Source: an uncultured Nitrospiraceae bacterium (lineage in GTDB: Bacteria; Nitrospirota; Nitrospiria; Nitrospirales; Nitrospiraceae). From it: a DNA stretch of 64,000 bases. Position 1 is the first letter of the stretch, and each line of letters opens with the position of its first letter. The stretch spans positions 352,001-416,000 of the forward strand of contig CAWJWJ010000001.1 of NCBI GenBank assembly GCA_963846575.1. The letters run 5' to 3'. The notes under the pieces were generated by a model. The model was given only the letters and a program-made list of their open reading frames with translations. It did not search any database and had not been told where the DNA came from. Positions 1 through 10,208 of the stretch are shown here, piece by piece. The position numbers and the translations under genes were made by a program.

Positions 1-26
1 CTCCGCCGGACCGGCTTGGCAGACAT
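1..26 (-). CDS. possible 5' end of a gene running off the window (MSAKPVRR...)
   Basis: ATG at 26 on the minus strand, same orientation as the upstream operon; too short to verify. Confidence 0.25.
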
Positions 27-154
27 GGGCAATCGTCTCGCCTGTATAGGGATTGTGTACGGGAACGGCTGCCGTGGTTCGGGACCACTGGCCGCCGATT
101 AAAAAGGGGCGTCCATCTTCCAACGGACTTACTCCAAGGAAGGAAGGGAGAGTG

Positions 155-433
155 CTATTGTACGGATTCCACGGGAGGTACGGCCTGCGCCTCGGCTCGA
201 AGCGCTTCGTGATCCTGCTGCGCCTCCACCGCTTTGGCAATCAGGTCCTCGGTCCCCCAATCCTGAATCGCAGCCAACGTGAATGCCTCGTAGGTCGAAA
301 CCCCGTGGCACGTCGGACAACCGGGCATAGGCACCTTCTGACAAAACGCCTCACTCAAACAAGACATGCAGACCCACAGATCCGGCTCTCCCGCCTTCGC
401 AGGCACAGACCAAAAGGCTTGTTTCGAACCCAT
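155..433 (-). CDS. small hypothetical protein with two CxxC motifs (putative zinc ribbon)
   Basis: CMSC...CPTC; AGGAAAGAGGAA purine tract upstream; follows the DsbA gene on the same strand. Confidence 0.7.
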   Translation of the reverse strand: MGSKQAFWSVPAKAGEPDLWVCMSCLSEAFCQKVPMPGCPTCHGVSTYEAFTLAAIQDWGTEDLIAKAVEAQQDHEALRAEAQAVPPVESVQ

Positions 434-512
434 AGTACGGTTTCCTCTTTCCTGGCTAGACGATGGTTCCAGTCACTCTCCCGACAATGCGGACCCCTGC
501 GTAGGACCGATA

Positions 513-1166
513 CTACTTTTTCTTCTCACCAGGCGGTGAGAGCAATTTCTCGATTTCTTCCTCGAAGGCCTCGAACGGAAAGGCGCCCGGAATCGCAATG
601 GCGGGATCCTTGGTTGTCGGTTGTTGCGTGGTGCGCATCAACACGAACCCGGGCGTTCCTCGAAACCCCCAGGCGTTCGCTTCCTGCCGGTCCTGAAAGA
701 TGGCCTGCACATAGGGCGCATCGCGCAGACACTGCCGGAACTGCGACTGGTCGAGACCGATGGCTTTGGCATGTTGAGTATAGCTGTCCGCGTCCAACCG
801 TCCGTCGGCGGCAAACAGCCGATCGTGCATCGGCCAGTATTTGCCCTGATCCCCGGAGCACCGGGCCGCAAGCGCGGCTGTTAGCCCCGGGCCCTGGTCG
901 GCGCGAGGATAATCCTTGTACAGAAACCGCAGCTTCCCCGTCTCAACATAGCGCGCTTGAATTTTTGGCCATGTCTCCTTGAAAAACTTGAGGCAGTAGC
1001 CGCAGGTGAAGTCTGAGTATTCGATCATCGTCACCGGGGCATCCGCCTGGCCCCGCATCCGATTGTCGATCGTGGGTCCGCTTGCCGCCAAGGCGGTACC
1101 GGTTATGAGCAACAACCCAGCGACGAGTGCGGCGGACCTGAACCACGGGGCCTGTGTGAGAGTCAT
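513..1166 (-). CDS. DsbA-family thioredoxin-fold protein
   Basis: Signal/TM segment, G-x-x-DAPVTMIEYSDFTCGYC, cis-Pro motif GTPGF; start at 1166 overlaps the upstream stop (ATGA). Confidence 0.9.
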   Translation of the reverse strand: MTLTQAPWFRSAALVAGLLLITGTALAASGPTIDNRMRGQADAPVTMIEYSDFTCGYCLKFFKETWPKIQARYVETGKLRFLYKDYPRADQGPGLTAALAARCSGDQGKYWPMHDRLFAADGRLDADSYTQHAKAIGLDQSQFRQCLRDAPYVQAIFQDRQEANAWGFRGTPGFVLMRTTQQPTTKDPAIAIPGAFPFEAFEEEIEKLLSPPGEKKK

Positions 1167-2266
1167 GCGGACGCACTCTTGGGACGGCTTCGCTCCAACA
1201 GCCCCACCATGAGCAGAGGCCACACCAGCGTCGCATCGCTGAGGACCTCGGCGAAGCGGCCGCCCTCGGCCGGCGGAACGAACTTGCCCCAGGAGATACC
1301 TTCCTGATAGGTGCACCCGCTCAATCCTCCCCAGTAATCCGGTTCAGGGCAGATCCGCACCCCGTACTGGAAACGGGGCGGCTGCACGTTGAGGCCGAGA
1401 CGCGTATTGCTGATTTCGATGTAGGGGGCGACCTGCTGAGCCCAATTGCGAGGCACTCCGCCTCCGATCGTAAAAATGCCGAGCCGCTTCGAGCCCAATA
1501 TCTCCTCCGCGTAATGATTGAGGTCGAGATAGGGATTGAAGACCGGGCAAGTCTGATGCAACGCACGCAAGACCGCAAGATCCCCGCCATCCTTGGACTG
1601 GCTGCGAGCCCGATCGATGTGTTTGCCCATGGCCCAAGTGCCGACATCCAGCCCCATCTCGGAATCCGTGAAGGCGGGAATATACACCGGCACGTTTTTC
1701 AAATAGGCGCTTTTGAGAATCCCGGGGCCCTCGAACTCGTCCGTCAGCGTCTTGCCAAGTTCCCGGGTCAGAAGGTGGGAAGACAAGGGCTGGTCGGAAC
1801 TGATGCGCTTCAACGTGAGCGACACAACATGTTCGACGTAATTGAGGTTGGATTCCATTTCAAGCGTGTCATAGACACGGTTGTACCCTTTGCGAAACAA
1901 CTCTTCGTCGCTATGGGAGGCATCATGACGATAATGAAGTTTGCCCACCGATTCGCTCAATCCGTGCGCGACCAGCGCGCCGGTTGAGACGATCGCATGG
2001 ACCATCCCGCGATCGATCATCGTGCTGATGATCTTGCCCATCTTGGCAATGGTCATGGCCCCCGACAGCGTCAGCACCACCTTACAGTCGGGATCCTCGA
2101 TCATGGCCGCAAGTGTTTCATAGGCCTCGCCAAGCCGCCGCCCGCCGAACGCCGTCTTCCGCATCGCTTCCAGTAGTTCCGAAAAAGAATGAATCTTTTC
2201 GGGATCGAGAGGCTCCAAGGCCTCCAAACCATCCGTGGCACCGTCGTGAAACTCCCGTCCTGCCAT
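1163..2266 (-). CDS. deoxyhypusine synthase-like protein (probable homospermidine/polyamine synthesis)
   Basis: LTLSGAMT, IVSTGA, PAFTDS, IGGGVPRN, GGLSGCTYQEGISWGK (catalytic Lys). Confidence 0.9.
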   Translation of the reverse strand: MAGREFHDGATDGLEALEPLDPEKIHSFSELLEAMRKTAFGGRRLGEAYETLAAMIEDPDCKVVLTLSGAMTIAKMGKIISTMIDRGMVHAIVSTGALVAHGLSESVGKLHYRHDASHSDEELFRKGYNRVYDTLEMESNLNYVEHVVSLTLKRISSDQPLSSHLLTRELGKTLTDEFEGPGILKSAYLKNVPVYIPAFTDSEMGLDVGTWAMGKHIDRARSQSKDGGDLAVLRALHQTCPVFNPYLDLNHYAEEILGSKRLGIFTIGGGVPRNWAQQVAPYIEISNTRLGLNVQPPRFQYGVRICPEPDYWGGLSGCTYQEGISWGKFVPPAEGGRFAEVLSDATLVWPLLMVGLLERSRPKSASA

Positions 2267-2480
2267 GATGAGAACCTCCCGAAAAAATCAATCCTTCGAT
2301 CAAGGAGCTCATTTTATACACAACCGACCGTTGCGGGGTCAATTCAAGCTCGAGGAACCATTGCGGTCACAGCGCTGGTTTGTGAGGCTCAACGCGAGCA
2401 GGATCGCCCCCTCATCGGCGCGATGATGCGAGCGTTGTATGAACCCGAGGGTCGGAGGGAGACCGGACGAGGAAAATCCG

Positions 2481-3233
2481 TCAACTCCGGATACCGGTGA
2501 CCAGCGAAAGGACCATGGCGGTGATATACATCAGGCTGATCCCGATGAACAGGCCCAGCGCGACTTGTAAACGACGCGTCGCAGTATAGGCCATGGCCGT
2601 GAGGGAGAGGACCACATAGAGCAATGAGCCGGCCGCCAGGGTGTAAAAGCAAATGGAGAAATAGGGGGACACCCCCTGCCCGCTGAGCAAGGTCCCGAGG
2701 GAGGTGGGGCCGCCGGCAATGAGGCCTAACAACAGAACATCACGCCACGAAATCGGCGATTTTCCGGCCGCGCCGACGATACCGAATCCCTCCGTCCCGT
2801 TATGGAGGCCGAACCCCGCCACCAACAAGAGGCTCAGCGTCCAGGCTCCGCTGCCGTAACTCGCTCCGATCGCGAGTCCTTCCCCGAGATTGTGCAACCC
2901 CATTCCTACCGCGATCATGTAGGGCAGCGACAAGACCCGGGTTCCTGAGCGGGTTCCAAACACCTGGCTGGATTCCAGCCAGACCAACCCGACCAGACTC
3001 ACACCCAGACTGCCCAAAAACACGACCCACGAAAGACCGTCACGTGCACCGGTCAGTTCCACCGCCTCATGCATCAAATCGAAGAAGAGATACACCAGCA
3101 CGCCGGTGGCCACGCCAATGAGCAGGCCTTCCCAGGACCGTGGCAATACCTTGCCAAGGAATAACGCTGCAAGGATCCCCAGATAGACCGGCATGACACC
3201 GGCGATTGCCCCCAGTCCCACCAATTCCAGCAT
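2481..3233 (-). CDS. ZIP-family divalent metal transporter
   Basis: Polytopic membrane protein with LHNLGEGLAIG and LHNGTEG metal-site motifs. Confidence 0.9.
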   Translation of the reverse strand: MLELVGLGAIAGVMPVYLGILAALFLGKVLPRSWEGLLIGVATGVLVYLFFDLMHEAVELTGARDGLSWVVFLGSLGVSLVGLVWLESSQVFGTRSGTRVLSLPYMIAVGMGLHNLGEGLAIGASYGSGAWTLSLLLVAGFGLHNGTEGFGIVGAAGKSPISWRDVLLLGLIAGGPTSLGTLLSGQGVSPYFSICFYTLAAGSLLYVVLSLTAMAYTATRRLQVALGLFIGISLMYITAMVLSLVTGIRS

Positions 3234-3313
3234 GGGAGAGTTCTAGCAGAATGACTGGCGGGGAAGAAAGATAGCCGTGACGAAAAACTTGGATGGCTAT
3301 CCGGTCTACGTGC

Positions 3314-3340
3314 GGGACCAGGCCTGCCGGGCCTGGTCTC
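3314..3340. terminator. GC-rich hairpin, possible terminator
   Basis: gggaccaggcc-tgccg-ggcctggtctc inverted repeat; no clear U-tract. Confidence 0.3.
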
Positions 3341-3365
3341 CGCTCATGGTGTAGCGGGACGTCCC

Positions 3366-3599
3366 TTATCCTCTTCGAGCGAGTGCCCTTCTCGTGCGAA
3401 CCGGCTCACTGCCCGATCGATCTCGCGCGCAGGACAAGACCTGTGCAGGGCAGCCGACACTTGGCCGCAGGGTGGCTCCCGATAACGCGATGAGACCGTG
3501 ATACTGGCCCCGGCATCGCGGCCCATCGTCTGGCAAAGTGCGATCCGAGGGCCACACGACACCGTGATCAAACAGAAGAGACCGGCCTGTGAGCATCAT
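3366..3599 (-). CDS. possible small hypothetical protein (MMLTGRSLL...)
   Basis: ATGA overlap with the stop of the GT4-like gene; GGAGAG upstream; no recognisable domain. Confidence 0.3.
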   Translation of the reverse strand: MMLTGRSLLFDHGVVWPSDRTLPDDGPRCRGQYHGLIALSGATLRPSVGCPAQVLSCARDRSGSEPVRTRRALARRG

Positions 3600-4240
3600 A
3601 GGGGACTCTCCGCTCCTTGAAGTGAATAGCCCGGGCGAACCGGCTGCCGGCGTCGGGCCGCCGTCGCGACAATTCGTTCGTAGACCGCCGTATAGGCCAT
3701 CGCACTCTCGACGAGAGAATCCAGCGTCTCCGCAAACGGCCCGTTGTGGGGCGAGGGACGATGCCACGGGATAATAGCCTGCCAGTTCAGTTCGGGGCAT
3801 TGCCGGACTTGCTCCACCGATGTGGCCACCAGGGCCAGTTCATTGAACTCCCGGTAGAGCTTCATCACTTCCGGCTCGTGCAATGACCCGTATACGGTCG
3901 CCATGATCGGGACCGGACTCCGCCGCATCAGGGGGAACGCGGTGAAGCCGGCATGCACGTGGATGATGTCGAAGGGAGCGGCAACGGAAAACGCTGTCTC
4001 GAGCGCGAGAAAGGTCAATCCTTCTGAAAGATGACGTTTGGGGGCCGGATAGTGCCGGAGGGCAAGGGGGGCCACGGGCACCAACTTGCCCGACACCCTG
4101 CTGTCTCCGCTGGCGAATACCGTGACGTCATGACCGAATCTGCTCAGACTCCTGGACAGAAACGCCACGCCGCGCGCTTCCGGACTTTCTCGGTCGATGG
4201 ACACCTCTTCAAAAAACGGGCTGACATGGGCAATACGCAT
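3596..4240 (-). CDS. glycosyltransferase family 4 N-terminal-domain-only protein
   Basis: MRIAHVSP, GHDVTVFASGDS, FDIIHVH; C-terminal donor-binding domain missing; GAAGG RBS before 4240. Confidence 0.75.
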   Translation of the reverse strand: MRIAHVSPFFEEVSIDRESPEARGVAFLSRSLSRFGHDVTVFASGDSRVSGKLVPVAPLALRHYPAPKRHLSEGLTFLALETAFSVAAPFDIIHVHAGFTAFPLMRRSPVPIMATVYGSLHEPEVMKLYREFNELALVATSVEQVRQCPELNWQAIIPWHRPSPHNGPFAETLDSLVESAMAYTAVYERIVATAARRRQPVRPGYSLQGAESPL

Positions 4241-4694
4241 GACCTTACCTTCCTTTTCTCGTGCGTCGAGCATCCGGATCGCGTCCCGCTCACGCCAACC
4301 TCTCGTCAGAGGTGAATCGCGTTCGGCGTCACGGTCGCAGGAATTCCATCTCCGGCCGAACAGATCGAGTCCGGCCGCGTGCGAAGCAATCACGGATGTG
4401 ATGGAGACTGCCTGCGCACGGCTGCCAGTGCGACAGAACCTTGCCGGCGCGTGGCGATCGAGGGCAGAGCACCCCGTTGCTTACTTCGTGAGCGCGGATG
4501 GTACGACGGGAACATGAAATTTAGCTGAAACAAATATGAAAATTTGATGAGAGCGGGGACAGGCTGTGGTGCCCGCGCCTCTCACCTGCCGGCCGGAATC
4601 GAAGGCTGCCTGGGGCGAGAGCTGACGCCAAGACCCACCGGGCTTCGAAGCCCGACGTGAAGGCAGGAGATCCGAGGAGTGATTGCGATGGCGC

Positions 4695-4946
4695 TCAGAG
4701 GGACGCTGATTGATCGCCATCCATATGGCAACGTTCACAGCAAGTGTGGAAGTACCAAACCTGATCGGAATCCAAATCCATGCGTCCTAATGCGTCGGAC
4801 TCCTTTTCCCAACGCTCCTGAGAGGGAGCTGTTCCGCTCGCAAATTTGACTCGTTCGCACTCCGTGCAATGGAACAGAACGGGCCGGCCCAAAAATCGCC
4901 GGCCTTGAACAATGAACTCTCTGTGGCTTATGGCGTGCATCTGCAC
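4695..4946 (-). CDS. small Cys-rich hypothetical protein
   Basis: HCTEC...HTCCERC; GGGAGG upstream of the GTG start. Confidence 0.55.
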   Translation of the reverse strand: MQMHAISHREFIVQGRRFLGRPVLFHCTECERVKFASGTAPSQERWEKESDALGRMDLDSDQVWYFHTCCERCHMDGDQSASL

Positions 4947-5100
4947 CCTCCCATCACGGCTAGTTCCGACCGTATCTCCCTTATAGGACTCCTCGTGACG
5001 ATGGGGAACTCGTAAACCGTGACAGTACGGGAAAGAAGATTACGAGGACGAGAATGGAAAAGCCTTGTGACCTGGCTGCGGGGAGATCGTCCGCGAAGGG

Positions 5101-5745
5101 TTAGGAGGGTGTGAGTAATCCGTGCGTGAGGGCGTATTTAATCAATTCCGCCGTGGTCCGCAACCCGAGTTGGTCCATGACCTGGGCTTTATGAAACTCA
5201 ACGGTGCGCGTCGAAATCTTGAGCCGGACGGCAATATCCTTCACCGTCCGCCCTTCGGCCAACAATTGGAGAACTTCGCGCTGGCGAAAGGTGAGCGGCT
5301 TCTTCTGCTGCGGCTGACCGGACCCGGCGGCGAGCAAGGTATCAATCAGCTCTTTTGCGATCAGCGGCGTGATATACGTATGACCCGTCCAGACCGTCCG
5401 GATGGCCTGCTCCAACTCATCGACGGCAGACCGTTTCAGCAGGTACCCCGACGCGCCGGCTTCGAACGCCGACCGGACGTAATCCGCGTCGGCATGCATG
5501 GTGACGAAAATCAGTTTGGTCGCAGGCTGAAGTTTTTTGAGTTGCGTGGCGGCATCGATGCCGTTCAGCAACGGCATCGACACATCCAGGATGACGATAT
5601 CGGGCTGCGTTCGTTGCGCCGCCTCAATGAGCGCCCGTCCGTCCTCGACCATCCCGACCAGATCGCATTGGTCGCTGAGAATGCGACGGAACCCTTCGAG
5701 CACCAGCGAATGGTCGTCAGCCAGCAGCACGCGCGGTTTAGACAT
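5101..5745 (-). CDS. NarL/LuxR-family response regulator
   Basis: REC (LADDH, LDVSMP, LK) plus LuxR HTH (LTFRQREVLQLLAEG...TVEFHK). Confidence 0.95.
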   Translation of the reverse strand: MSKPRVLLADDHSLVLEGFRRILSDQCDLVGMVEDGRALIEAAQRTQPDIVILDVSMPLLNGIDAATQLKKLQPATKLIFVTMHADADYVRSAFEAGASGYLLKRSAVDELEQAIRTVWTGHTYITPLIAKELIDTLLAAGSGQPQQKKPLTFRQREVLQLLAEGRTVKDIAVRLKISTRTVEFHKAQVMDQLGLRTTAELIKYALTHGLLTPS

Positions 5746-6904
5746 GGGTACTCCCTGGAAACGGCACATGAACCTCGATATGCGTGCCGCGCCCCGGCGC
5801 GGTCACCACCGCTAATGTTCCATGCACTAGCCGCAACCGTTCTTTCATACTCAGTAACCCCAGATGTTCACGCCCCTGAGAAACCTGCACCGCATCAAAG
5901 CCAACCCCGTTATCCCGTATCGAGAGCGTGATCATCCCCTCGTCACAGATCAGTTCCACCTCGACCTCGGTGGCCTGGGCATGATGAGCCACATTACTCA
6001 GACTTTCCTGCGCGATCCGGTAGACACAGGTCGCAAGATCGCTCGGAACCGGAGTGATGGGATCACGATGAACATAGACCGCCTGCACTCCCGTGCTGAC
6101 CAGGAAATCGTCCACCAACCGGCGGACGGCCTTCGTGAGTCCCAAATCATCCAGGATAGAGGGATGGAAGCGATACGCGAGTTGCCGCACATCATCCGAT
6201 ACCTCCGTCAACCGAAAAGTGATCGATTCTACCATGCGCATGATGTTGGCGAGATCGCCCAGTTCGTCCTTCTCAATCCGCCGCAGATCCATCGTTAACA
6301 TGGCCAAGCGCTGGTTCACGTCATCGTGCAGCTCACGCGCGATGCGGCGACGATCATCTTCCTGGGCGGTCAGGAGCTGACCGGCGAGAGCCCTGAGTTC
6401 CTCGCGACTTCGCTGCAAGTCCTGCTGACTCGCCTTCAAGGAAGCCTCACTGCCACGGAGCGAGCGTTCCGTCTCCATCCGTTCTCTGATCTCTTCGATG
6501 AGCGCCTGATTCACGAGCCCAAGTTCGCGGGTGCGTTCCTGAACACGAACCTCCAACTCGTCATGCGCCCGGCGCAATGCCTGTTCAATTTTTCTGCGCT
6601 GCAGGAAATACACGACCGGCACCCAGATAGCCGTGAGGCTAAACAAGCGGTTGCTGATCCCCATCCACAGCGGGACGTTAGGCAAGGTCACCCCGAGGAA
6701 GACATCCGACACCGCGAGGACGGAACAGCCGCTTGCAACCAGCAAAGGAATCTTGCGGTCGGGAAAGGTCAACGACAACACAACCAGACCGCCGTACAGC
6801 ACCCCGTTGCCGATGCCGAGAGGAAGGTAGAGGTCCAGAGAAAACAAGCCCAGTCCGAGTATGACGATTGCGAACAGCAGGAGTGTCTGGGAGGGTTGTC
6901 TCAT
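5738..6904 (-). CDS. membrane sensor histidine kinase (HisKA_3/NarX type)
   Basis: N-terminal TM helices, RRRIARELHDD H-box, QESLSNVAHHA, DNGVGF, GLLSMKER; overlaps the regulator start; start codon uncertain. Confidence 0.92.
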   Translation of the reverse strand: MRQPSQTLLLFAIVILGLGLFSLDLYLPLGIGNGVLYGGLVVLSLTFPDRKIPLLVASGCSVLAVSDVFLGVTLPNVPLWMGISNRLFSLTAIWVPVVYFLQRRKIEQALRRAHDELEVRVQERTRELGLVNQALIEEIRERMETERSLRGSEASLKASQQDLQRSREELRALAGQLLTAQEDDRRRIARELHDDVNQRLAMLTMDLRRIEKDELGDLANIMRMVESITFRLTEVSDDVRQLAYRFHPSILDDLGLTKAVRRLVDDFLVSTGVQAVYVHRDPITPVPSDLATCVYRIAQESLSNVAHHAQATEVEVELICDEGMITLSIRDNGVGFDAVQVSQGREHLGLLSMKERLRLVHGTLAVVTAPGRGTHIEVHVPFPGSTHV

Positions 6905-7344
6905 CGAAAAGCGATTATCTCTCTTCACGGGAAGGGCTTCAAGCACTTCCCTCACAAACCAGACGCCCTCCCTCACCGTCCTAGAGGTTAGACGAGACAT
7001 TATGGAGAGGCAGGCTCGCCACACCCGTGAGCACGGGATGCCCTCCAGTTCAATTTGTGCCGTGTATCGGGAAGACCCCAATCCCAGGCCTGCTGCCGCC
7101 GGGCCACACAACGGAAGGGTCTGGACCAGGCATGTGGAGAGACACGGGTACGGGTACGGCTACGTACCGGACGCGGCAACTCCGGATGAGCGGAGGATTA
7201 CGGCGAGATCAGTGGGCGCAGCGACCGGTACAGGGGACGCGACCGCTCCCGTTTGCGTCGCAAGGCGGCAACAGTCGCGAGACCTCTTGGAGCCGTGCCA
7301 CTCTCCCGAGGCAGAACGCACGGGTCCCTTTCTCCGCCTTGTCT

Positions 7345-8046
7345 TCAATCAGCACTGTTGCCCTTTTCGCAATAGAGGCCGGGGCTGACTTGGCCCGCCG
7401 TCCATTTCCAGTACGTGCAAAAATCAGTGCGATGGGATTCGCTGAAAATGTCGCGGTAACAGACCCGGCCATGAAAATACACTGCGGCTTTCCCATCTTT
7501 AATGGCTTGGACCTCTTGGGCTGTCAAAGGACTCTCCCTCACTGTTTCGGGACGTTTGACCTTTCCGACGAACCACTTATTCTTGGTTGAACTCGGGCTG
7601 GGCTGCTGACAGTCCTCACTGGCCAGCGTTCGAGTCAACGGATATTCCGCCACGGTCACGTGCGCACTCGAACCGTTGTCGTAGGCCGGGGTTCGTCCGA
7701 TATTATGAAAACTATCATTCGCGCGAGGCTTGAGACCTTCCTCGATCGCGGGCATTCCCTTGGCCCTCACATCGATATAGGCCCGTAACTGTTGCTTGGC
7801 CTCCTCCTGAGCGATGAAATCCTGCCAACCGGGAATACCAACCGCTACAGCCGCGATGATGGCCGCAATGACGCCACCCCAGAAGATCGAGAGTTTCAGC
7901 CGGAAAAATTTGTCCTCCTCCGTGGCGGATGCCTGTCGCGGAGGCGAGACGCGCGTACGGCCTTCCTCCCGGGTGAGGTCACGCCCGGATCCGGGCGGCT
8001 GGTTGACGCCATCGGCGGGATTGTCTGGTCCTGTCTCATTCATCAT
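7345..8046 (-). CDS. hypothetical single-pass membrane protein
   Basis: 233-aa ORF, GAGG RBS, one TM helix (IFWGGVIAAIIAAVAVGIP), C-terminal YFHGRVCYRDIF..HRTDFC. Confidence 0.7.
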   Translation of the reverse strand: MMNETGPDNPADGVNQPPGSGRDLTREEGRTRVSPPRQASATEEDKFFRLKLSIFWGGVIAAIIAAVAVGIPGWQDFIAQEEAKQQLRAYIDVRAKGMPAIEEGLKPRANDSFHNIGRTPAYDNGSSAHVTVAEYPLTRTLASEDCQQPSPSSTKNKWFVGKVKRPETVRESPLTAQEVQAIKDGKAAVYFHGRVCYRDIFSESHRTDFCTYWKWTAGQVSPGLYCEKGNSAD

Positions 8047-8484
8047 CGACCTCTCACTTTCTTATTCCTATGCTCCTCGATGCACGAGCCGGATAGAGGC
8101 CCAGCATACACTCAGTGTAAAACAGGCGTGAGTTTTTGCAGCACTGGGAGAAGCCCTCGCCAGTTCCAGCACAGCCCCCCGGCAGACGCGTCCGGAAGCA
8201 TACCATGCTGGGCCGCACCAAAGGTGGGGACTCTCAGACATCTTTGCTCCCCTCCGTCCAGGCCGGCACTGACCGTCTCACGCCTGCAGAGCCCCGTCGA
8301 GCCCGAGGCAAGGCTCTGCGAGCGACCGGTGAGGATGTCACAGCATGATGACGAGATGAAAACCCGGCAGCTCAACGCGATCATTTTTTCGATGATATTG
8401 TACGATTCCGCGTTATAGTACTGGCCGAATGAGACTCCACACGCCAGCAGCCTCACGTGTCCCCGATCATGAGGCCGGTAGCCC

Positions 8485-9741
8485 ATGATCGATCACGGAA
8501 GCGGGAGTGACGTGTCAAGCCTAGCGCATTTTGTGAACATCTCATCATTCCACGGACGCGGACCCGGTCGAACCGTTTATCTCACGAAAAGGTACCTAGG
8601 CGACATTCTGGCGCGGTGTACCTTTGCTTTCTGTGTGTCGGCGGTCGCTTGTTTCGCCGCTGAAAACAACCCGGACAGCGAATGGCATTATGGCGGATAC
8701 GTGGATGTCGGTTATGCCGTCAATTTCAATTTCCCGGAAAACCACCTATGGCGAAGCAGGGGCACCACTCCGCGGGTGAATGAACTCGCGCCGAACATGC
8801 TGATGGCCTATGTGCAAAAGAATCCCACGGTCTCGTCGCGCTGGGGCATGGAATTCGGCATTCAAGGCGGTTATGACACCGACGCACTCATCCCGACGGC
8901 CATTCCAAACCGCGACCGGCCGGTGGATGGAGTCGATACGCTGCGGCATTTCTCCCGCGCGAATGTCTCTTACCTGGCACCCGTGGGCAACGGGCTGGTG
9001 CTGACCGCGGGGCTCTTCAACAGCTATATCGGATATCAGTCTATTTTCGCCAAGCAGAATTTGAACTATACCCGCACCTATATGGCCGACAACGCTCCGT
9101 ACTATATGTTCGGCGTGGCCGCTGAATACGCGATGACGCCCCGTCTGCAAACGAACTTCTACATCATCAACGGCTACAATTACCTGTCCCATCCGAACAA
9201 TCAATTCAGTTACGGGACACGCGTGTCCTACGCGGCCGACAACGGTGTAACCTTCACCGAAAACCTGTATTACGGGCCGGATCAATTCAATACGTCGCAG
9301 AGGTTTTGGCGGTTCTTTTCCGACAGCATCATCGAGTGGAAGCAGGACAGACTGACCCTCGCCTTCGCGTATGACATCGGAACCGAACAGGCGGCGGAAC
9401 AGGCGGGACACCCCCGCACGTTTTGGACGGCCGCGGCTCTCTATGCCCATTGGAAGGTGTCAGGTCCCTGGAGCGTGGCAGTTCGTCCGGAAGTCTATTG
9501 GGATCGTAATGGCAGGATCTCGGGCTCGGAGCAGTTGCTACGCGCGGTGACGACGACGCTCGAATACCGCATTCTCGCCTTACCTCAAAGCCTGGTCGCG
9601 CGTCTGGAGTACCGGTACGACGAGTCGACGGGAGCGGGCGGAGGATTTTTTCGCCGGGGCGAGATTGGGCCCGGCGTCATCGGCTTAGCCAAGGAACAAC
9701 AGCTCATCCTCTGCTCGCTTATCTGGGCGTTCGATCGATGA
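8485..9741 (+). CDS. outer-membrane beta-barrel/porin family protein
   Basis: Signal-like segment, YGGYVDVGY start, amphipathic aromatic strands, RLEYRYD, C-terminal W-x-F; true start may be downstream. Confidence 0.8.
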   Translation: MIDHGSGSDVSSLAHFVNISSFHGRGPGRTVYLTKRYLGDILARCTFAFCVSAVACFAAENNPDSEWHYGGYVDVGYAVNFNFPENHLWRSRGTTPRVNELAPNMLMAYVQKNPTVSSRWGMEFGIQGGYDTDALIPTAIPNRDRPVDGVDTLRHFSRANVSYLAPVGNGLVLTAGLFNSYIGYQSIFAKQNLNYTRTYMADNAPYYMFGVAAEYAMTPRLQTNFYIINGYNYLSHPNNQFSYGTRVSYAADNGVTFTENLYYGPDQFNTSQRFWRFFSDSIIEWKQDRLTLAFAYDIGTEQAAEQAGHPRTFWTAAALYAHWKVSGPWSVAVRPEVYWDRNGRISGSEQLLRAVTTTLEYRILALPQSLVARLEYRYDESTGAGGGFFRRGEIGPGVIGLAKEQQLILCSLIWAFDR

Positions 9742-9887
9742 CCGCTGCGCGGTCCTGACGCTGGAACACCAGTCTCACGGAGCGGATGCACCATGACCGT
9801 AGTTTCCGGGGTACAATTGCTGGCGAAGTTTTCCTCAATCACATGTGATATGATTCGTCGCCCTAGGACAGGCAGGTATAACACGCT

Positions 9888-10208
9888 ATGAGCACGCTTC
9901 TCATCTCACTGATTCTGGCCCTGGTCGCGGTGGCCTTTTCCCTGCAAAATACGGAGGCAGTGACAATCCGCTTCCTCCTCTTCGAGTATCAGACCTCGCT
10001 GGTGCTGGTCATCCTCGGCGGGCTGGCGATCGGCGCGATTCTGGCTTTGATTGCGTCCATCGGTCCCCGGCTCAGGCGGTCTCGTCAAATGCGGCAGTTG
10101 CAGGAAACCGTTGCCACGCAAGGAAGCCGCATTCATTCCCTGGAAGCGCAGCTTCAACAGGCGCAGCCCCCGGCCAAAGAATCCTCATCATTTCTCTCCG
10201 AATTATGA
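9888..10208 (+). CDS. LapA (DUF1049)-family membrane protein
   Basis: VAFSLQNTEAVTIRFL, second TM, coiled-coil tail. Confidence 0.85.
   Translation: MSTLLISLILALVAVAFSLQNTEAVTIRFLLFEYQTSLVLVILGGLAIGAILALIASIGPRLRRSRQMRQLQETVATQGSRIHSLEAQLQQAQPPAKESSSFLSEL

Noticed and set aside
53..982. Long antisense ORFs (also 5122-5931, 35438-36175, 43285-43863 and others)
   Set aside because: Shadows of well-supported genes on the opposite strand in GC-rich DNA
7141..7170. Short tandem repeat (acgggt)2-acggct
   Set aside because: Only about three units; no array structure or coding support
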